This document shows, piece after piece, positions 49,338 to 62,313 of a stretch of DNA of 64,000 bases. The DNA comes from Macrostomum lignano. Its lineage: Eukaryota. Position 1 is the first letter of the stretch; the number at the start of each line of letters is the position of its first letter. The position numbers and the translations under genes were made by a program. Under the pieces are notes generated by a model. It had not been told where the DNA came from. It did no database searches and saw only the letters and a list, made by a program, of their open reading frames with translations. The DNA is taken from positions 1 through 64,000 of the forward strand of contig NIVC01003617.1 of the NCBI GenBank assembly GCA_002269645.1. Direction: 5' to 3'.

Positions 49338-52333
49338 CTGGGAAAACAGAATTTTTCCGTCTGATTAGCAGCTATTACTTTTAGGAGATCGAATCTGCTT
49401 TTTGGCGTCGGTAATAATGCCTACTTACTTGAACCGCCCCATCTGTATATTAATTTCTATATACGCTCGCATGGATGGACGGATATTTGAAATAAGTGCA
49501 CGGCCAGCAGTGGGAGACTCAACAGTGGAGTACAAGCTATAGGCTGCAGAAGCAGCAATTAATTCCTCCCTAAAGGCAAAAAATTTGTCTCGCTTAGCTA
49601 ACTCCCCGCCGAAGCCCGCTGGCCGCTGTAATTAAAGAGAAAGGCAAAGCAGGAAAGAAGAGAGCGGGAAAAAGAGAAAGTGAGGACGAGTTACTGAGCC
49701 GCCGAATTTGTCAGCTTTTCTCACTCTCGCAGGTCGGACTCGCGCGAAAGGGAGCAGGATTTAGAAAGGAGAGTGGCAGGTATTTACAAATTACGGGCAC
49801 GCTGGGCTTGGCACCTGGCGCTGGCCTGGCCTAGACAACTCGGCACGCTCGGCAAGATTTATCTCCAGATGAAATTCAACACAAAGCCGACAAAAATAGT
49901 TCGGAAATTGTTTTGGATGTTTTATTTTAGGGATCTTTACAGAAACATATTTACCTGAGGCAAGCCGAGATAAAGTTAGTTGTCGGCCAATCTTCAGCCA
50001 GTGCATCCACGTGGATGTACAACAAGTAACTTACGAGCGTAGAAGCCGCTACACTCGCAATTCGTGCGATTGTCTTTTCGACAACTGTGTTTTGCTTGTT
50101 GCCAGATCTATAGACAGCTGAGATATTGTTAATTTTCTGGTGAACGAAAAAATTTCTGTCCTGTTTAAGCAGCTTCAGCGAAAACTGGCCTTTCAGTTAA
50201 AAAAATTTCACGACTTGCGAGTGTAGCGAACTCCTACCTCAATGGTTCATGGTATGCCCGCCTGTAGTTCTGCCCAAGTACCCATCTCCCCCAAGTACCC
50301 AGCTGCTCCGATCTGTAAGCAGCAATTGTATCTGCATAGTGTAGGACTGATAACCCCCCCCCCCTCTCCATGAACCTGAATGCGTAGAATCCTATTTTTA
50401 GGGTTTCAAAAGAAAACGCAATGATGCGATTTGACAAGTCTGTCTCGTAGCAAATTGACTGTATTGCAGCAGCAGGTTTGCCAGCTCTTTGCATCCGTCA
50501 TCCTGAGAGCCCCCTGACTGTTCCCATCAACTCGGTTCTGCAAACGTACTCATTTTGACTGTAGTAAAGAATATTCCTCAAGGCACGCAAGTGGGACGTT
50601 TTCATGCCAGGAAAAATTTTGACAGATAGGAGCAGAGACGCGGCAAGTGCGGGGTCGGGGCGGGGCATCAGCTGCTGCAGAAATTCAGGTACAGCGCGAG
50701 GCTCCCCGCGCCTCATTTCCTGATTCATTCGTGTTGAAAAAGCAACCTCAGACCTTTCTCTACTCAGTTCCACCCTTGCGTCTGCCGGCCTTTCCCTCGG
50801 CTGCCATTCTCTTTGTTCTTTTTCTTTATAGACACAAAATCAAGCCAGAGCATCAGTAGCCGCGCTAACAACCTATCCTTTCTTTCTCGGACTGCTAAGA
50901 CTGACCGAACAGCTCAGTCAGACGGAAACATCACATTTTGCATTCATTATACTAGACTGTACAATCTTCAGGTACTCATGTGAAACACCCAGTCGATTCT
51001 TTTTGAGCCTGATGTCTCATCCAATTCATTGATCTAATCTTAATTACAAGCCGTGCATGGCTGCTCCTCTCATGTCAGCAACATCCGTGATCTTCTATCT
51101 TATTATTTTCAGCTAGCAGCAGAGTGGGGGTTGTTTTATTTAAATAAATTTTCAAAAAGCAAGTATTGCGTCGCATCATTTCGAGCGCTACCATCAGTAA
51201 AAGTATCTGAGAACGGACGAACTAACCAGCTGCAGTAGGTATTGGAGAGCTAAAATTCTAACAAGATTACAGTAGACATCAAATTGTCAGTTTTACTGTG
51301 CATATTTTCTGTTCTGTAGCTCGTATTGATTAGCCTTCCAGCCAAAATGCGAAGGCGTTTTACGGCTGGGTAGCAATAAACTAAGGGCTCGGAGCTACGA
51401 AATTCCTTCCTAATGCGTCGTCTTAATTTCTACGGCTGGCTTCTACCCTGATAACTGGCAGGGTTCCTTCAAAGCCAAGGAAAAGGAAGCAACGAGAGAG
51501 AGGAGACGGAAAACTATGGGAAATCTTCCCCTTAACTGGGCTGCGACAGATGGCCGACGTTCTTAGTTAAGCCTCGTCATCCTCGCAGAGTTGAGGCAAC
51601 GGAAGGAACGTAAAAAATCAGCATCTATCTCTCATGCGGCCTGTAAAAGTTAATTAACAACAGGAACCGTGGGACCGATTTTTGCCCAGTTCAAGGAAAC
51701 CTTGCAGGCGGGAGTTTTCTATTTTCAACTTCGAAAACTCCCAGCTAGTAGGTCAGTTGCGTCAGTTCCGCGGCCCCCTGAACGCACTTGCGTGCCCGAA
51801 CTCTAGCCGGTAAACAGTCAATACGAGTTTGGAAAGTTCATCTTACATGGGAAACTCAATTTTCATTGATGCTAACCACATTTAATGCCTCTTAAACTGT
51901 ATTTATAAACTTTGCTACCCTTCAATTCTCTTAGAGTCTTAGAGGTCCCACAGTGTTCCAGCTAGCTGCGAAGGCGTAATCAATACAGCTGTAACATTAA
52001 AAGTTAAAAGTTCATACACTTCCTTGACAGTTTTCATTTCCTTCTCAAAACGTGTCTGCGCACCTTACCTACACTCGTAGCTATCCTAACTGCTTGAACT
52101 TTCGTATTGATCCAGCTACCCCATGACTCTCCTTTTAAGTGTAACTATTGCTCCTTGTTTCACCTTTTCTGTCTTTCTCTCTCTCCAGTTCAATCAATAG
52201 CTAATCTTTTTTTAAAAAACGTGACCAAATATTACAGATCAGGTGCCTTTCTGGCTCGTACACTTGGAAATCATACAGTTCTTTATCAGGTACTCTGATT
52301 GAAGTTGATTTTTGAAACAAAAATTGTTCTTAC

Positions 52334-52498
52334 CCTCTTTGGTAGGGCTCCATGGTTGAGCAGTCCATCCAGCTTGGTGTCTCGGAGCACGAGAAGCTGT
52401 CCAGCTCCTGCGGGATCGCGGCCGAACTGCCGTAGGCGTACGTACCGCTGTGTTTGCGACTGGAATTGTGTTCGGGAGTTCGGAGACCGGTTGTGAGG
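52334..52498 (-). CDS. CBARP: CBARP-like gene, candidate symmetric 165-bp exon 2
   Basis: Donor gg|gtaag is strong; acceptor ttgaccgcag| is weaker. 3n length, phase 2-2, open frame. Confidence 0.5.
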
Positions 52499-53971
52499 CT
52501 GCGGTCAAGCTGAGTACCCGGAGCTCTCTAGACTGCTCAGAGCTGACTTCCTGTCCCAGCTGACAGCTCTTCCTGCCTCCGCTCGCAATTGCTCAATTCG
52601 GATGCATACAGGGATCGTGGCACGTGACTCGGGGGGGGGGACTTATGCCCTCAGTTCAGACTGTCACCACTGTCTCTAGCGGCCAGTTAAACCTCAAGCC
52701 AAGCCATTCATTACATTCAATAAATATCCATACACTTGTCTTCCAAGTAAGCTCTCCTGAGAAGTGCACTGCCAACAAGACAAATGAGGGACAGAGTTAA
52801 ACCCTTTATCTCGAGCGCAGGCGCGCGTACAAGAGAAGCGAGCTGAAGGGAAAGTCATTTTGCGCGCGAGAGAAGCAGCCCCCCTACCCGCGGCATATGT
52901 CTGCAAACATGAATACTTCATATTTTCCCCGGAGGCTCAAGCTGCTGATTAAAGAGAGTTTCTACCCAACTGTGCATAATTAATCGCCTATCCATCAATT
53001 ATCAACAGAGCGCGCGCTTACTGAAGGTTATGAATGATCCCGAAATCCCCCAAAATAAAGGGGATAAAAATAAATTTCTAAGAAACAGCATACAATGACG
53101 GCGAAGGCGAGTCGCACTTGCAGTCCCAAACTTAGTGAAGCTGTCAGGCATATCGATAGCAGCTTCCTGCATTTCTGAGCCCAGAGAGACTGGCTTCAGT
53201 TGGATGAATTGAATTTTCTGATTTTCTCCCAGAAGATTTTCTGCGCAATTTCTGTAGCGTCTGTCTGAGCGGGCTTAAAAGCTCGCTAATCTCTCGAATT
53301 CTTTCGTCTTGGCAGTTGATTTCTTTTGCAAGCACAATGCTCCGGGAAATATTCTGAGCAAATATTTATCGTCTAAAATTAATAAATTCTGTCTTGGCCA
53401 AGCTAAACTGCAAACCTTGGATAACATTACTGAAAAGTGCCGGCAAAGTTAAGCAGCATTGGCCGCGGTTAGCACACAGAGAGGCAGATAAAGCTGAGCC
53501 TCACAGTTTATCTGCTGCGGTAGGGTGGGTTGCAGCTCTGAGCAATGGGTCCTTTACGAGTGAAATTAGATAAGTTACCAAAATCTACTAGCAAAATTTT
53601 AGCATGGATCCTTTTTATTAGATCATAATAAAAAATGAGTGGCAATTAGGATAAAAGAATGAGGGTAGCAATTAGACAAACTTTGATTATAGACGAATCA
53701 AATAATTGATTTGCGGACAAAGTTCTGACTGAGTCCAGCTTATTTAATTTTTCATTTTATTTACCTACTTTTTTACAATTCGTACCTAATACCGGAAACT
53801 GAAGATCGTTAATTTTTATTTCATTTTATGCCTTTTATGCAAAGAAGCCCCCCCCCCCCCAACCGCGGCTGTTCATCACTTCAGAGTGTATATTTTTGGT
53901 GAATTTAGATTGTATCCATATTGAAAGAAAAATCAACTTCAGCTTATGGAGATATTTGAAAGCAGTATGTA

Positions 53972-54734
53972 GGGATATGGGATCTTGGAATATGGGATAT
54001 GGGATGTTAGGATATGGATATGGGATATGAGATATTGGGATATGGGATATTGGGATATGGATATGGGATGTTAGGATATGGGATATGGGATATGGGATAT
54101 TGGGATAAGGGATATTGGGATATAGGATATTGGGATATTGGGATATGGGATGTTAGAATATTTGATATGGGATATTGGGATATGGGATATGGGATATGGG
54201 ATATGGGATATGGGATATAGGATATTGGGATATGGGATATGAGATATAGGATATGGGATATTAGGATTTGGGATATTGGGGTATGGGATATTGGGATATG
54301 GGATAATGGGATATGGGATATTGGGATATGGGATATTGGGATATAGGATATTGGGATATGGGATATTGGGATATGGGATATGGGATATGGGATATTGGGA
54401 TATGGGATATTCGGATATAGGATATTGGGATATTGGGATATGGGATGTTAGAATATTTGATATGGGATATTGGGATATGGGATATGGGATATGGGATATG
54501 GGATATGGGATATTGGGATATAGGATATTGGGATATGGGATATTGGGATATGGGATATTGGGATATGGGATATTGGGATATGGGATATGGGATATGGGAT
54601 ATAGGATATTGGGATATGGGATATGGGATATTGGGATATGGGATATTGGGATATGGGATATTGGGATATGGGATATGAGATGTTAGGATATGGGATATGG
54701 GATATGGGATATGGGATATGGGATGTGGGATATT
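53972..54734 (+). repeat. Simple repeat (GGGATAT/GGGATATT)n in CBARP intron 1
   Basis: Direct reading; 7- and 8-bp units intermixed, with a locally duplicated variant block (gatgttagaatatttgat near 54140 and 54445). Confidence 0.97.
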
Positions 54735-54796
54735 GGCTATTTAAACATGGTGGATCTGCAGTGCTGAGGCCTGACGCAGCAGGACTCCCCACTCAC

Positions 54797-54939
54797 CCAT
54801 TCTGGCTGTGGCTTTGGCTGTTAAAGCAGAACTTGCAGACCAGCAGGACGCCCACCACCATGAGGACACCGCCGAGCACGCCGCCAGCTAGGAACAGCAC
54901 CATCAGCCAGGGGGTCACGCTGCCTTCCTGAGTGGCCAT
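54797..54939 (-). CDS. CBARP: CBARP-like gene, first coding exon: N-terminal single TM helix plus juxtamembrane Cys (MATQEGSVTPWLMVLFLAGGVLGGVLMVVGVLLVCKFCF...)
   Basis: ATG at 54939, donor gg|gtgagt, 143 bp. The six-exon join gives 1392 nt = 463 aa plus stop. Topology matches CBARP. Confidence 0.75.
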
Positions 54940-55299
54940 ATTTGGAGATTGAGAGACAGAAATCGGGAGTCAGGCCTGTCCTGGTAGGCGGCAGCTCAAA
55001 GCTTGGTTAAGAGCTCAGCTTCTCTCTGTGAGCAGCTTTTCTACTCCCAAAAGTGCAGAGAGGCAGAGAGAGAGAGAAGGGAAGCGACTGTCCAGTGGAT
55101 AGCTGCCTAGTGTTCTGCTCGTGGGATCTGGATCCCCATTGGCTGGATTAGGAGCGGAGCGTTTGCAAGCAGATAAAGTGCTCAAGCTCGGTAGCTACGT
55201 GTTTGAAATTTTGCCCATCCGTCAGACACAGAGCGAGAAAAGATCTACTCAGTCTTAATCCGAGTAAGATTTTGCGAAGCTTTGAGTAGCCTCTGAAAG

Positions 55300-55660
55300 G
55301 ATGGCTGCTTTGAAGATGGGACTTGCACCAGAATCAGATAATAATTATTTACGAATGCTGGGTGCTGAAGATCCCCTGATTGTTTTGTTGAGGTGCTCTC
55401 TTGGGCACTTGGTTTTTTTCAATGGGTCAGCTGACCTCCTTGACCCCTCCTTGATAAAGGGGCAGAGCAGTTCAGCGGTAAACTCGTCCAAATATCCTTC
55501 TAAGATTCCTGACTCGATCCCGTGCTGAGCCACGTCTATTTGGGCTTTTTGGCCTGGGGTTGTCCTGCCATTGTCCATGACGGCCAACCCTGACAATTAC
55601 TCGTAGAAAGTCTGGGCCGTTGTACACCCTGTGTGAGCGTACGTAAGCTCGTACTAGTGG
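55300..55660 (-). pseudogene. Highly degenerate LINE (RTE-like) RT N-terminal remnant
   Basis: DEFTAELL (cf. DGITAELL) followed by PLKK...RGSSAPSI (cf. KKGD...RGISLLSI); DNA similarity to 56905-57080. Confidence 0.35.
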
Positions 55661-56879
55661 GTGCCTGTGCTCAGGAGTCAACGGAATGGGTACTGAATAT
55701 TTATTTTTTTATTTGACCACCGATTGTGTCGATGGGTCAACTAACCCCATTTTAGCCTAGGCCCTCTTAGCGAAGCCTATTTATTTGAGCTTTGCATTCT
55801 TCTCTTTCATAAAAGCTAAATATTGGCAGTTGGCCAAGTTAGAAGCATAAACAAGTGTGCATCATCCAAGTCGACAGAAACGGTTCAACTTACGCTGCCA
55901 GCGGAGCGGAGAAAAAACGGCCGTGACGAATGCGTCCGAAATCCTGCATGCGGTGCACGGGCCTGAATTTTCGCAGCGCTTCTATACGGCTCGGTTCCGC
56001 GTTGGGGAAGAGAGGCTCGGAAGCGCTGCAAGCTGGGTGAGGGATCCGAAGGCACGTTCTGGCGGACCCATGCAGCCCAGCGGCCCTGGTAGGAGGCCTC
56101 TAAAGCATCCCATCAATGCCTGCGCGCGTCCATGGGAGATTCCCAGAAACCAGTCCGGGCGCTTCCTCGATCCCCCAAATTCACTTCCTGCTTTTTCAGC
56201 CCCCTCTCATCCCCTGAACGCTCCAAAGCTTGCCCGAAATTTTCTTTCCTCATTTTGATACGCGCTCAGGCCGTGCACTATTCCAATGGAGCAGCGGCTG
56301 CAGATGCCTCCGCGTCTTCATGTCCCGCGGCCTTATTTGTGAACCTTTCCTTAGCGAATTCCTCCAACCAGCTGCCTCTCTGCGACGCCCCGCTAAGAGG
56401 GCGTGGGAAAGTCAGGCCTGCCGCTCCTGCGTCATCAAAGCTGGCACCTTTTCTGTTCTTTTTCTGCTAATAATAAAAAAGACAAAATTGATTTTAGCCC
56501 ATATTTTTTCTGTCGGCAAAAGATCAATACAATAATTTCTATAGGGCCTTTTTTAGCAGCTCTTCAATAGACAGCTGAACTGGTAACAAATAGGCCTCTA
56601 GTTCCTATTTTTAGGGGGGGATAGAAAAAGAGTCTGGTTGAGCTCCATCATCAGCTAAGGGAAATAATACAGGAACTGAGCCCCTTTGGCGGCTCCTGCA
56701 AATTGTATTGAAGGTTGCGATTGCCTCTGGATGGGGGCGTTTCACTTCTTGCTCGACGCAAATTTCGTACAAAGGAGTTCCATCTAGATCTTTGATTTCT
56801 TATCGTCAAAAGACTGAATCTTTCACAAACTGATCTATTATGGATTGGATGTGAAACATTGAGTTGGTGAAAGCAGTCA

Positions 56880-57130
56880 TGCCTGCTGATCACTGAGCCC
56901 GCAAACGCTCACACAGGTTGCACAACGGCCCTAACTTCCCCATCGTCAGACATGTACACTTTCTGTGCCTTGGCCGTTGGCCCTCGTGGTCGAAGAATCG
57001 CACAAACCTCGGGCCAATTTTTGTCCACGGGCACCAAAGAAATCGCCGGAGTCGGACGCATTTACCGCTGAGCTCTGCAAGTGAGTTTCTTGTGCTTGTG
57101 CCCGCGATGCTCTTCATCCTTGGAAATAAT
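56880..57130 (+). pseudogene. Second degenerate LINE-like remnant, inverted relative to 55300-55660
   Basis: KKSPESDAFTAELCK...ARDALH (cf. KSPGPDGITAELLK). Shares cgctcacacagg.tg.acaacggccc with 55614-55641 (reverse complement) and similar sequence with ~61670-61745. Confidence 0.35.
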
Positions 57131-58300
57131 TGAGAAATTGAAGAATAGACAGTTTTCATTTCCTTCGAATAGAACCGATTGAAATTAAATAACAAGGGTG
57201 AGCGAGTGCGACAGACAGGGAAGTCAGAGAGAGTGACAGCAATTATGAAAATCAAACAGCGGGATGTTTCCCACAGCGAGAAGACAGAAAACCGCTTAGC
57301 AACCGGGAAGGCCGGGAAGGCGGCTTTCCATTGTGCGCAGAGGGGAGAGCTGGCAAGAGTTCCAGCGCGGAGGTGGATAAAAGCGGGGAGGTGGAGAGCA
57401 ATTTGCAGCAGACAGGAGGTAAGAATGCCAGAGACTCAACATGAGGAAGGCGTTTTGCTTCTTCTCAGCTGAAAATTAGTCATGCTGAGAATCTGGGATC
57501 CAAGGGGAATCATTTCCCACCGAGACCTGTTCGCATCGACCTCTTATAATCTTCTTTTTTTCTCATCGTACTCACGAAAACAGGCGCTATCTTCTAATGC
57601 CTTCTCAGAGTGACGACAGCTCGCCCGAGGCCCGCTGACGACATCAATTTTCCACAGCGCAGTGCAAAGCGGCATTTCCCAGTCGCCGAGGAAAAGAGAG
57701 AAGATCTTGCCTCTAATTGCGCTTCTGCTGCTGCTTCTGCGTCGCTGCCTTTTTATTCACCATCAACGCACTGCTCAAATAACAGACTGCCGATAGAGTG
57801 ACTACATCGGATTCTGGCGTCTCCGCATGAATAGCGAAAATACATCTACTGCCGCACTCTTCCACGGATGTAGAATAGTAGAAATCTCAGGCTCACCTAT
57901 TGTGCCTGGACAATGCCTAACCTGCTCAGCCTTGTCTCGTTCAAACGAAAGACTTTTACAGACAGCATTCAGCTTTGCGGATGCTGGGGCAGATTACTAA
58001 GCAGAGATCTAGACCGAGATTTAAAACTCTTGCAGTGTATGCTCTTCGATTTTACTGCCACTATTAGGCTTGGGGAAAGAAAAAACTTGAATAGTGTAAA
58101 CTTAAATAGTTAGGCAACATTTCAGAGTCAAATTTCTTCATCAGTAGTTAGTGTTTTTTAATACTGTATAATGTCGTGCAGTTCAACAAATCAAATCTGG
58201 CCCTCTTTCTTTTGCCTAGCCAATCAACGAAAACATTTGCGGATGATATTACAGTCAGAATCTTAATCTTCCGGCTATGCATTGATTCTGCCGCTGCCAA

Positions 58301-59181
58301 TGATTGTACATTCTGCTTAAACCCACCCCACTCCCTGATTGTACATTCTGCTTAAACCCATCCCACTCCCTGATTGTACATCCTGCTTAAACCCACCTAA
58401 CTCCCTGATTGTAAATCCTGCTTAAACCCACCTCACTCCCTGATTGTAAATCCTGCTTAGACCCACGTCACTCCCTGATTGTACATTCTGCTTAAAACCA
58501 CCCACTCCCTGATTGTACATCCTGCTTAAACCCACCTCACTCCCTGATTGTAAATCCTGCTTAGACCCACGTCACTCCCTGATTGTACATTCTGCTTAAA
58601 CCCATCCCATTCCCTGATTGTACATCCTGCTTAAACCCACCTCACTCCCTGATTGTAAATCCTGCTTAGACCCACGTCACTCCCTGATTGTACATTCTGC
58701 TTAAACCCACCCCACTCCCTGATTGTACATCCTGCTTAAACCCACCTAACTCCCTGATTGTAAATCCTGCTTAGACCCACGTCACTCCCTGATTGTACAT
58801 TCTGCTTAAAACCACCCACTCCCTGATTGTACATCCTGCTTAAACCCACCTCACTCCCTGATTGTAAATCCTGCTTAGACCCACGTCACTCCCTGATTGT
58901 ACATTCTGCTTAAAACCACCCACTCCCTGATTGTACATCCTGCTTAAACCCACCTCACTCCCTGATTGTAAATCCTGCTTAGACCCACGTCACTCCCTGA
59001 TTGTACATTCTGCTTAAACCCATCCCACTCCCTGATTGTACATTCTGCTTAAACCCATCCCACTCCCTGATTGTACATCCTGCTTAAACCCACGTCACTC
59101 CCTGATTGTAAATCCTGCTTAAAGCCACCTCACTCCCTGATTGTAAATCCTGCTTAAAGCCACCTCACTTCCTAATTGTAC
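58301..59181 (+). repeat. 35-bp minisatellite (CTCCCTGATTGTACATTCTGCTTAAACCCATCCCA), ~25 copies, trimeric 104-105-bp higher-order repeat
   Basis: Variant ttagacccacgtca recurs at 58457, 58561, 58666, 58771, 58875 and 58979. Confidence 0.97.
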
Positions 59182-59305
59182 TCTGAACATGGCTGCAATT
59201 TCATTCATACTTAATAATTTATTTCAGAAATTCAACAAAAATTATCACACGAGTCCAACAGCAACCCAGTCATTTTAAAGAAAAATTCCAGATAAGGACC
59301 GGCGG

Positions 59306-59398
59306 TCAGGATTTGTGGTAGCGGGTGTACTTTCTGCTGTTCTTATGAACTGGCATCTCCTTGGACTTGAACGCATTGAGCTCCTTCCTTATCTTCTC
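59306..59398 (-). CDS. PHACTR: PHACTR-like gene, last exon (EKIRKELNAFKSKEMPVHKNSRKYTRYHKS*)
   Basis: Acceptor cattgcag|, 31 codons ending in TGA; classic PHACTR C-terminus (IRKELNEFKSTEMEVH...TRFHRP). Confidence 0.93.
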   Translation of the reverse strand, partial: EKIRKELNAFKSKEMPVHKNSRKYTRYHKS

Positions 59399-59960
59399 CT
59401 GCAATGGGTTTGGGGAGAATTTTCCCGGCTTAGCACAGCAGACTCCATAATCTTGAGGATTATTAATCTTCTGGCGTAATCTATTGACAGTTCAATGTCA
59501 CCGTTTAATCCCAGATAGAAGGATAATCTTATTTGATACTAAAATGATTAAAATCTGCACTGTAATTTAGGAAATCATCTCCACACTCATATAAATGCGA
59601 ATGCTAGCATCAAAATTTTTAATAAGACGCGTTTTGACCGACGCGAACTATTTTTGAAAAACAATGACGAGCATGAACTTATACGTCGAACCAAACGGTT
59701 GAGCAAATATGTATGATGTATGAAATTCAATATTCAAGCCAAGGACTGAAGCTTAAGAATGTACAAATGGACACTAGCTAATAAAGAAAGGGCAGGGACA
59801 AAATTTAGAATAGAATGCAGTTTTAAGGCTTCAAGTAAATCACTCCCGTTTCATACAATCGAGTTCCATATTGTTTATACTTGCACATGTACATGCTCAA
59901 TCGTTAGGTCTAAGTAATTGAAGGGGAACACTTTACCGCAGGTAATCTTCAGTTTCTCAC

Positions 59961-60751
59961 CTTGTCCACCTCCGAGAGGCAGGTCCAAGGCTTGTCAGTC
60001 ACCCTGTCGTAGTCCTCAGTGCGGGTGACCTCGACGTAGTCGCTGAACTTGATTATCTGCCGGTCGCGGAGCTCCTCGACAGTCGGCCGGTAGCTCAGCT
60101 TCCTGGCTAGCAGGCGGATCTGCTGTCGCCGCTCGGACTCCAGCTGCTGGCTGCCGGTGGAGTGCAGGATGTTGCGCTCCAGCAGCTGCTCGCTGGTTGG
60201 CCTCAGGCTGAGCCGCCGCTCCAGCACAGCGCCGATTCTGTCCCGCTCCGACGGTGGCAGCTGCGAGCGAAGCCGCTGCAGGCCGGCCCGGCGCTCCTGA
60301 CGGCCGTTTTCCAGGAAACGCGAGAACGGATCGCGACGTTTGAGAGAATCGAAGTTCTGCCGCTGCTGCTGCTGGCCCTGATGGGGCTGCTGCTTTGAAG
60401 CAAGCTGACCGCTACTGCTGCACTTTTTAATGATGCCCTTGGCTGGCTGGCGACCAAAGTCGGGCTCCTTCGAAGGGACCTGCTCATAGCCTTCAGGCAC
60501 CGGCTCCTCTGATTCGGCAGGTTTGCAGGCTTCAACAGCGGTGACAGCCGTTGAGAACTCGGTCTGCCGCTGCTGGCCCTCGGGGATGAACTGAGACAGC
60601 GTCGCGAGCTCTCTCGGGTCCTTGCTTGGTTCGCATTCCACGGCGAGTCTAGAGGTGCAATTTTCTGTGGCTGTGAAGGCCAAGTCCGCACTGCTGACAG
60701 TCTGGACTATCGTTGCCGGGAGAGCCACGGCAACTGTTCCATTCTGTGCGG
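59961..60751 (-). CDS. PHACTR: PHACTR-like gene (phosphatase and actin regulator), main exon with RPEL repeats and PP1-binding region
   Basis: LERRLSLRPTSEQLLERNIL, LARKLSYRPTVEELRDRQIIKFSDYVEV, YDRVTDKPW. Donor aag|gtgaga. Acceptor ctcattag| (alternative cacag| at 60743). Confidence 0.93.
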
Positions 60752-62313
60752 CTAATGAGATGGGTTAGATAGATTAGCAATCCATTCATTCGTGATAGCT
60801 AATGTAGACCTATATACGAGCAATATTAAGAAAAATAAAGATCGCAGCAGCTTCCGCAATGTTGATAATTGCAGCGAAACAGTCAGGCACGCAAGAACTG
60901 GTCGGATGCTTCCATCTCAAAAGTGACTCTGAAAACCGCTGAAGTAGTGAAAGAGCCCCAGGGAAAAGTTAGCCAAACGCCTTAAGCCCAGACTTCAGCC
61001 CTGTGCACGCATGAAATGTTGCCACTTCGTCAAGTGCTAATAGTTCCCGAGGCCCCTGCGGCCCCTCCAATCAATATTGACCGGCCGTTAGTCCGTCCAT
61101 TAGCAAAGCGAAAGCACTGCAGCTCATGAATTATTGATGAGCGGAGGGCAAGAATCAACTGCTAAACTGGGGACGGCTCTTGAGAAAGCAGTCTTGCCCG
61201 AACTGTTTCTTTGTGGAGTTGAGCGTTCTAGAAATTCATCTTTCTTGCTTTATTGACTTGGTTTCAAACTTAGAAAGTACTCGCCCTCTGGGGGGAATAC
61301 TGTACAAAAAATACACAAAAGCATTTAAATTCCTCTCAACTGAAAGCCCTCCCTGTTAATACAATACCGCACCCAGTCCCTTCTGCTAAAATTTCACTTA
61401 ATGAAGTTTCATCTCAAGCATTGGAGTCTTGGGGGTTACAAGTCGAATTTAAAGTCGGATCTACCGCGGGATGAAATAGATAATTTTTTAGGAAGGGTAC
61501 ATGAAAAAGGAAATATTTGCTTATTAGGGAATTATCATTAGGGTTTGTGTGCACCCTGGCGCACTGCACTTTAAGCGACATTGTCACACAACCGGCAAGA
61601 GGCACAACTGCCCATTCCGCCGACTCCCCTGAGCAGGTACACGAGCGCGTGGATACGTACACAGGCACACACGCACACTGGAGTGTACAGCGGCCCTAAC
61701 TTTATTTATCGTTAGGCATGTACATTTCACTGTGCCTTGGGCGTTGACTCTCAAGAGCGTTAATTGCACGAGCAGAGCCAAGCCGAGATTCCAATTTAGC
61801 CCCAAATTAATGTGACTGTACTTGGGACCGAGCCTGGACCGCTGGGACATCAGAGCGCCGCGCCAGACCACTGGGCGACGGCCTCCCTAATGACCTTAGT
61901 AATTTTTTGAACGAATTAAAATATGAATCACACAAAAATGATAATAATTTTCGTTCAACTAAGAAAGTGCGACTGCTGTAAATCGGAGCATTCCAATAAA
62001 ACTATTCGTCCCATCACCGATGCGCTCCCTGCGTACTCAAGTAGAAGGATGCTGAACTCTCAAACTGTTGTATCTTAATTCACCAGAACGTGGAAAGCTA
62101 CCTGGGACGATTTGGAAGTCTAAAAGGTAAGATACTTGTTAGTCACTTGCTAAGAAGGTTGACCTTTCCTACCGCTATTAATTCAAGAACAACTTTAGTC
62201 AGCCATTGTGGTGAAAAAGTCCTTTTCCTAGTGAACTTCTCAGGACTTGAGAGTGCTTCTATTGAGTAGTCCATGGCCTGTCCTCTATTCCCAAGAAATC
62301 CAAGAGGCTTCAC

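Noticed and set aside
50234-50773. Two in-frame ORFs separated by one TGA (readthrough or selenocysteine)
   Set aside because: No recognisable homology or SECIS-like evidence, and it lies in an intron; chance ORFs, though a cryptic phase-2 exon ending at ~50239 is not excluded.
54014-54792. GYGIL/DMGYW repeat proteins
   Set aside because: Translation of a simple (GGGATAT)n repeat.
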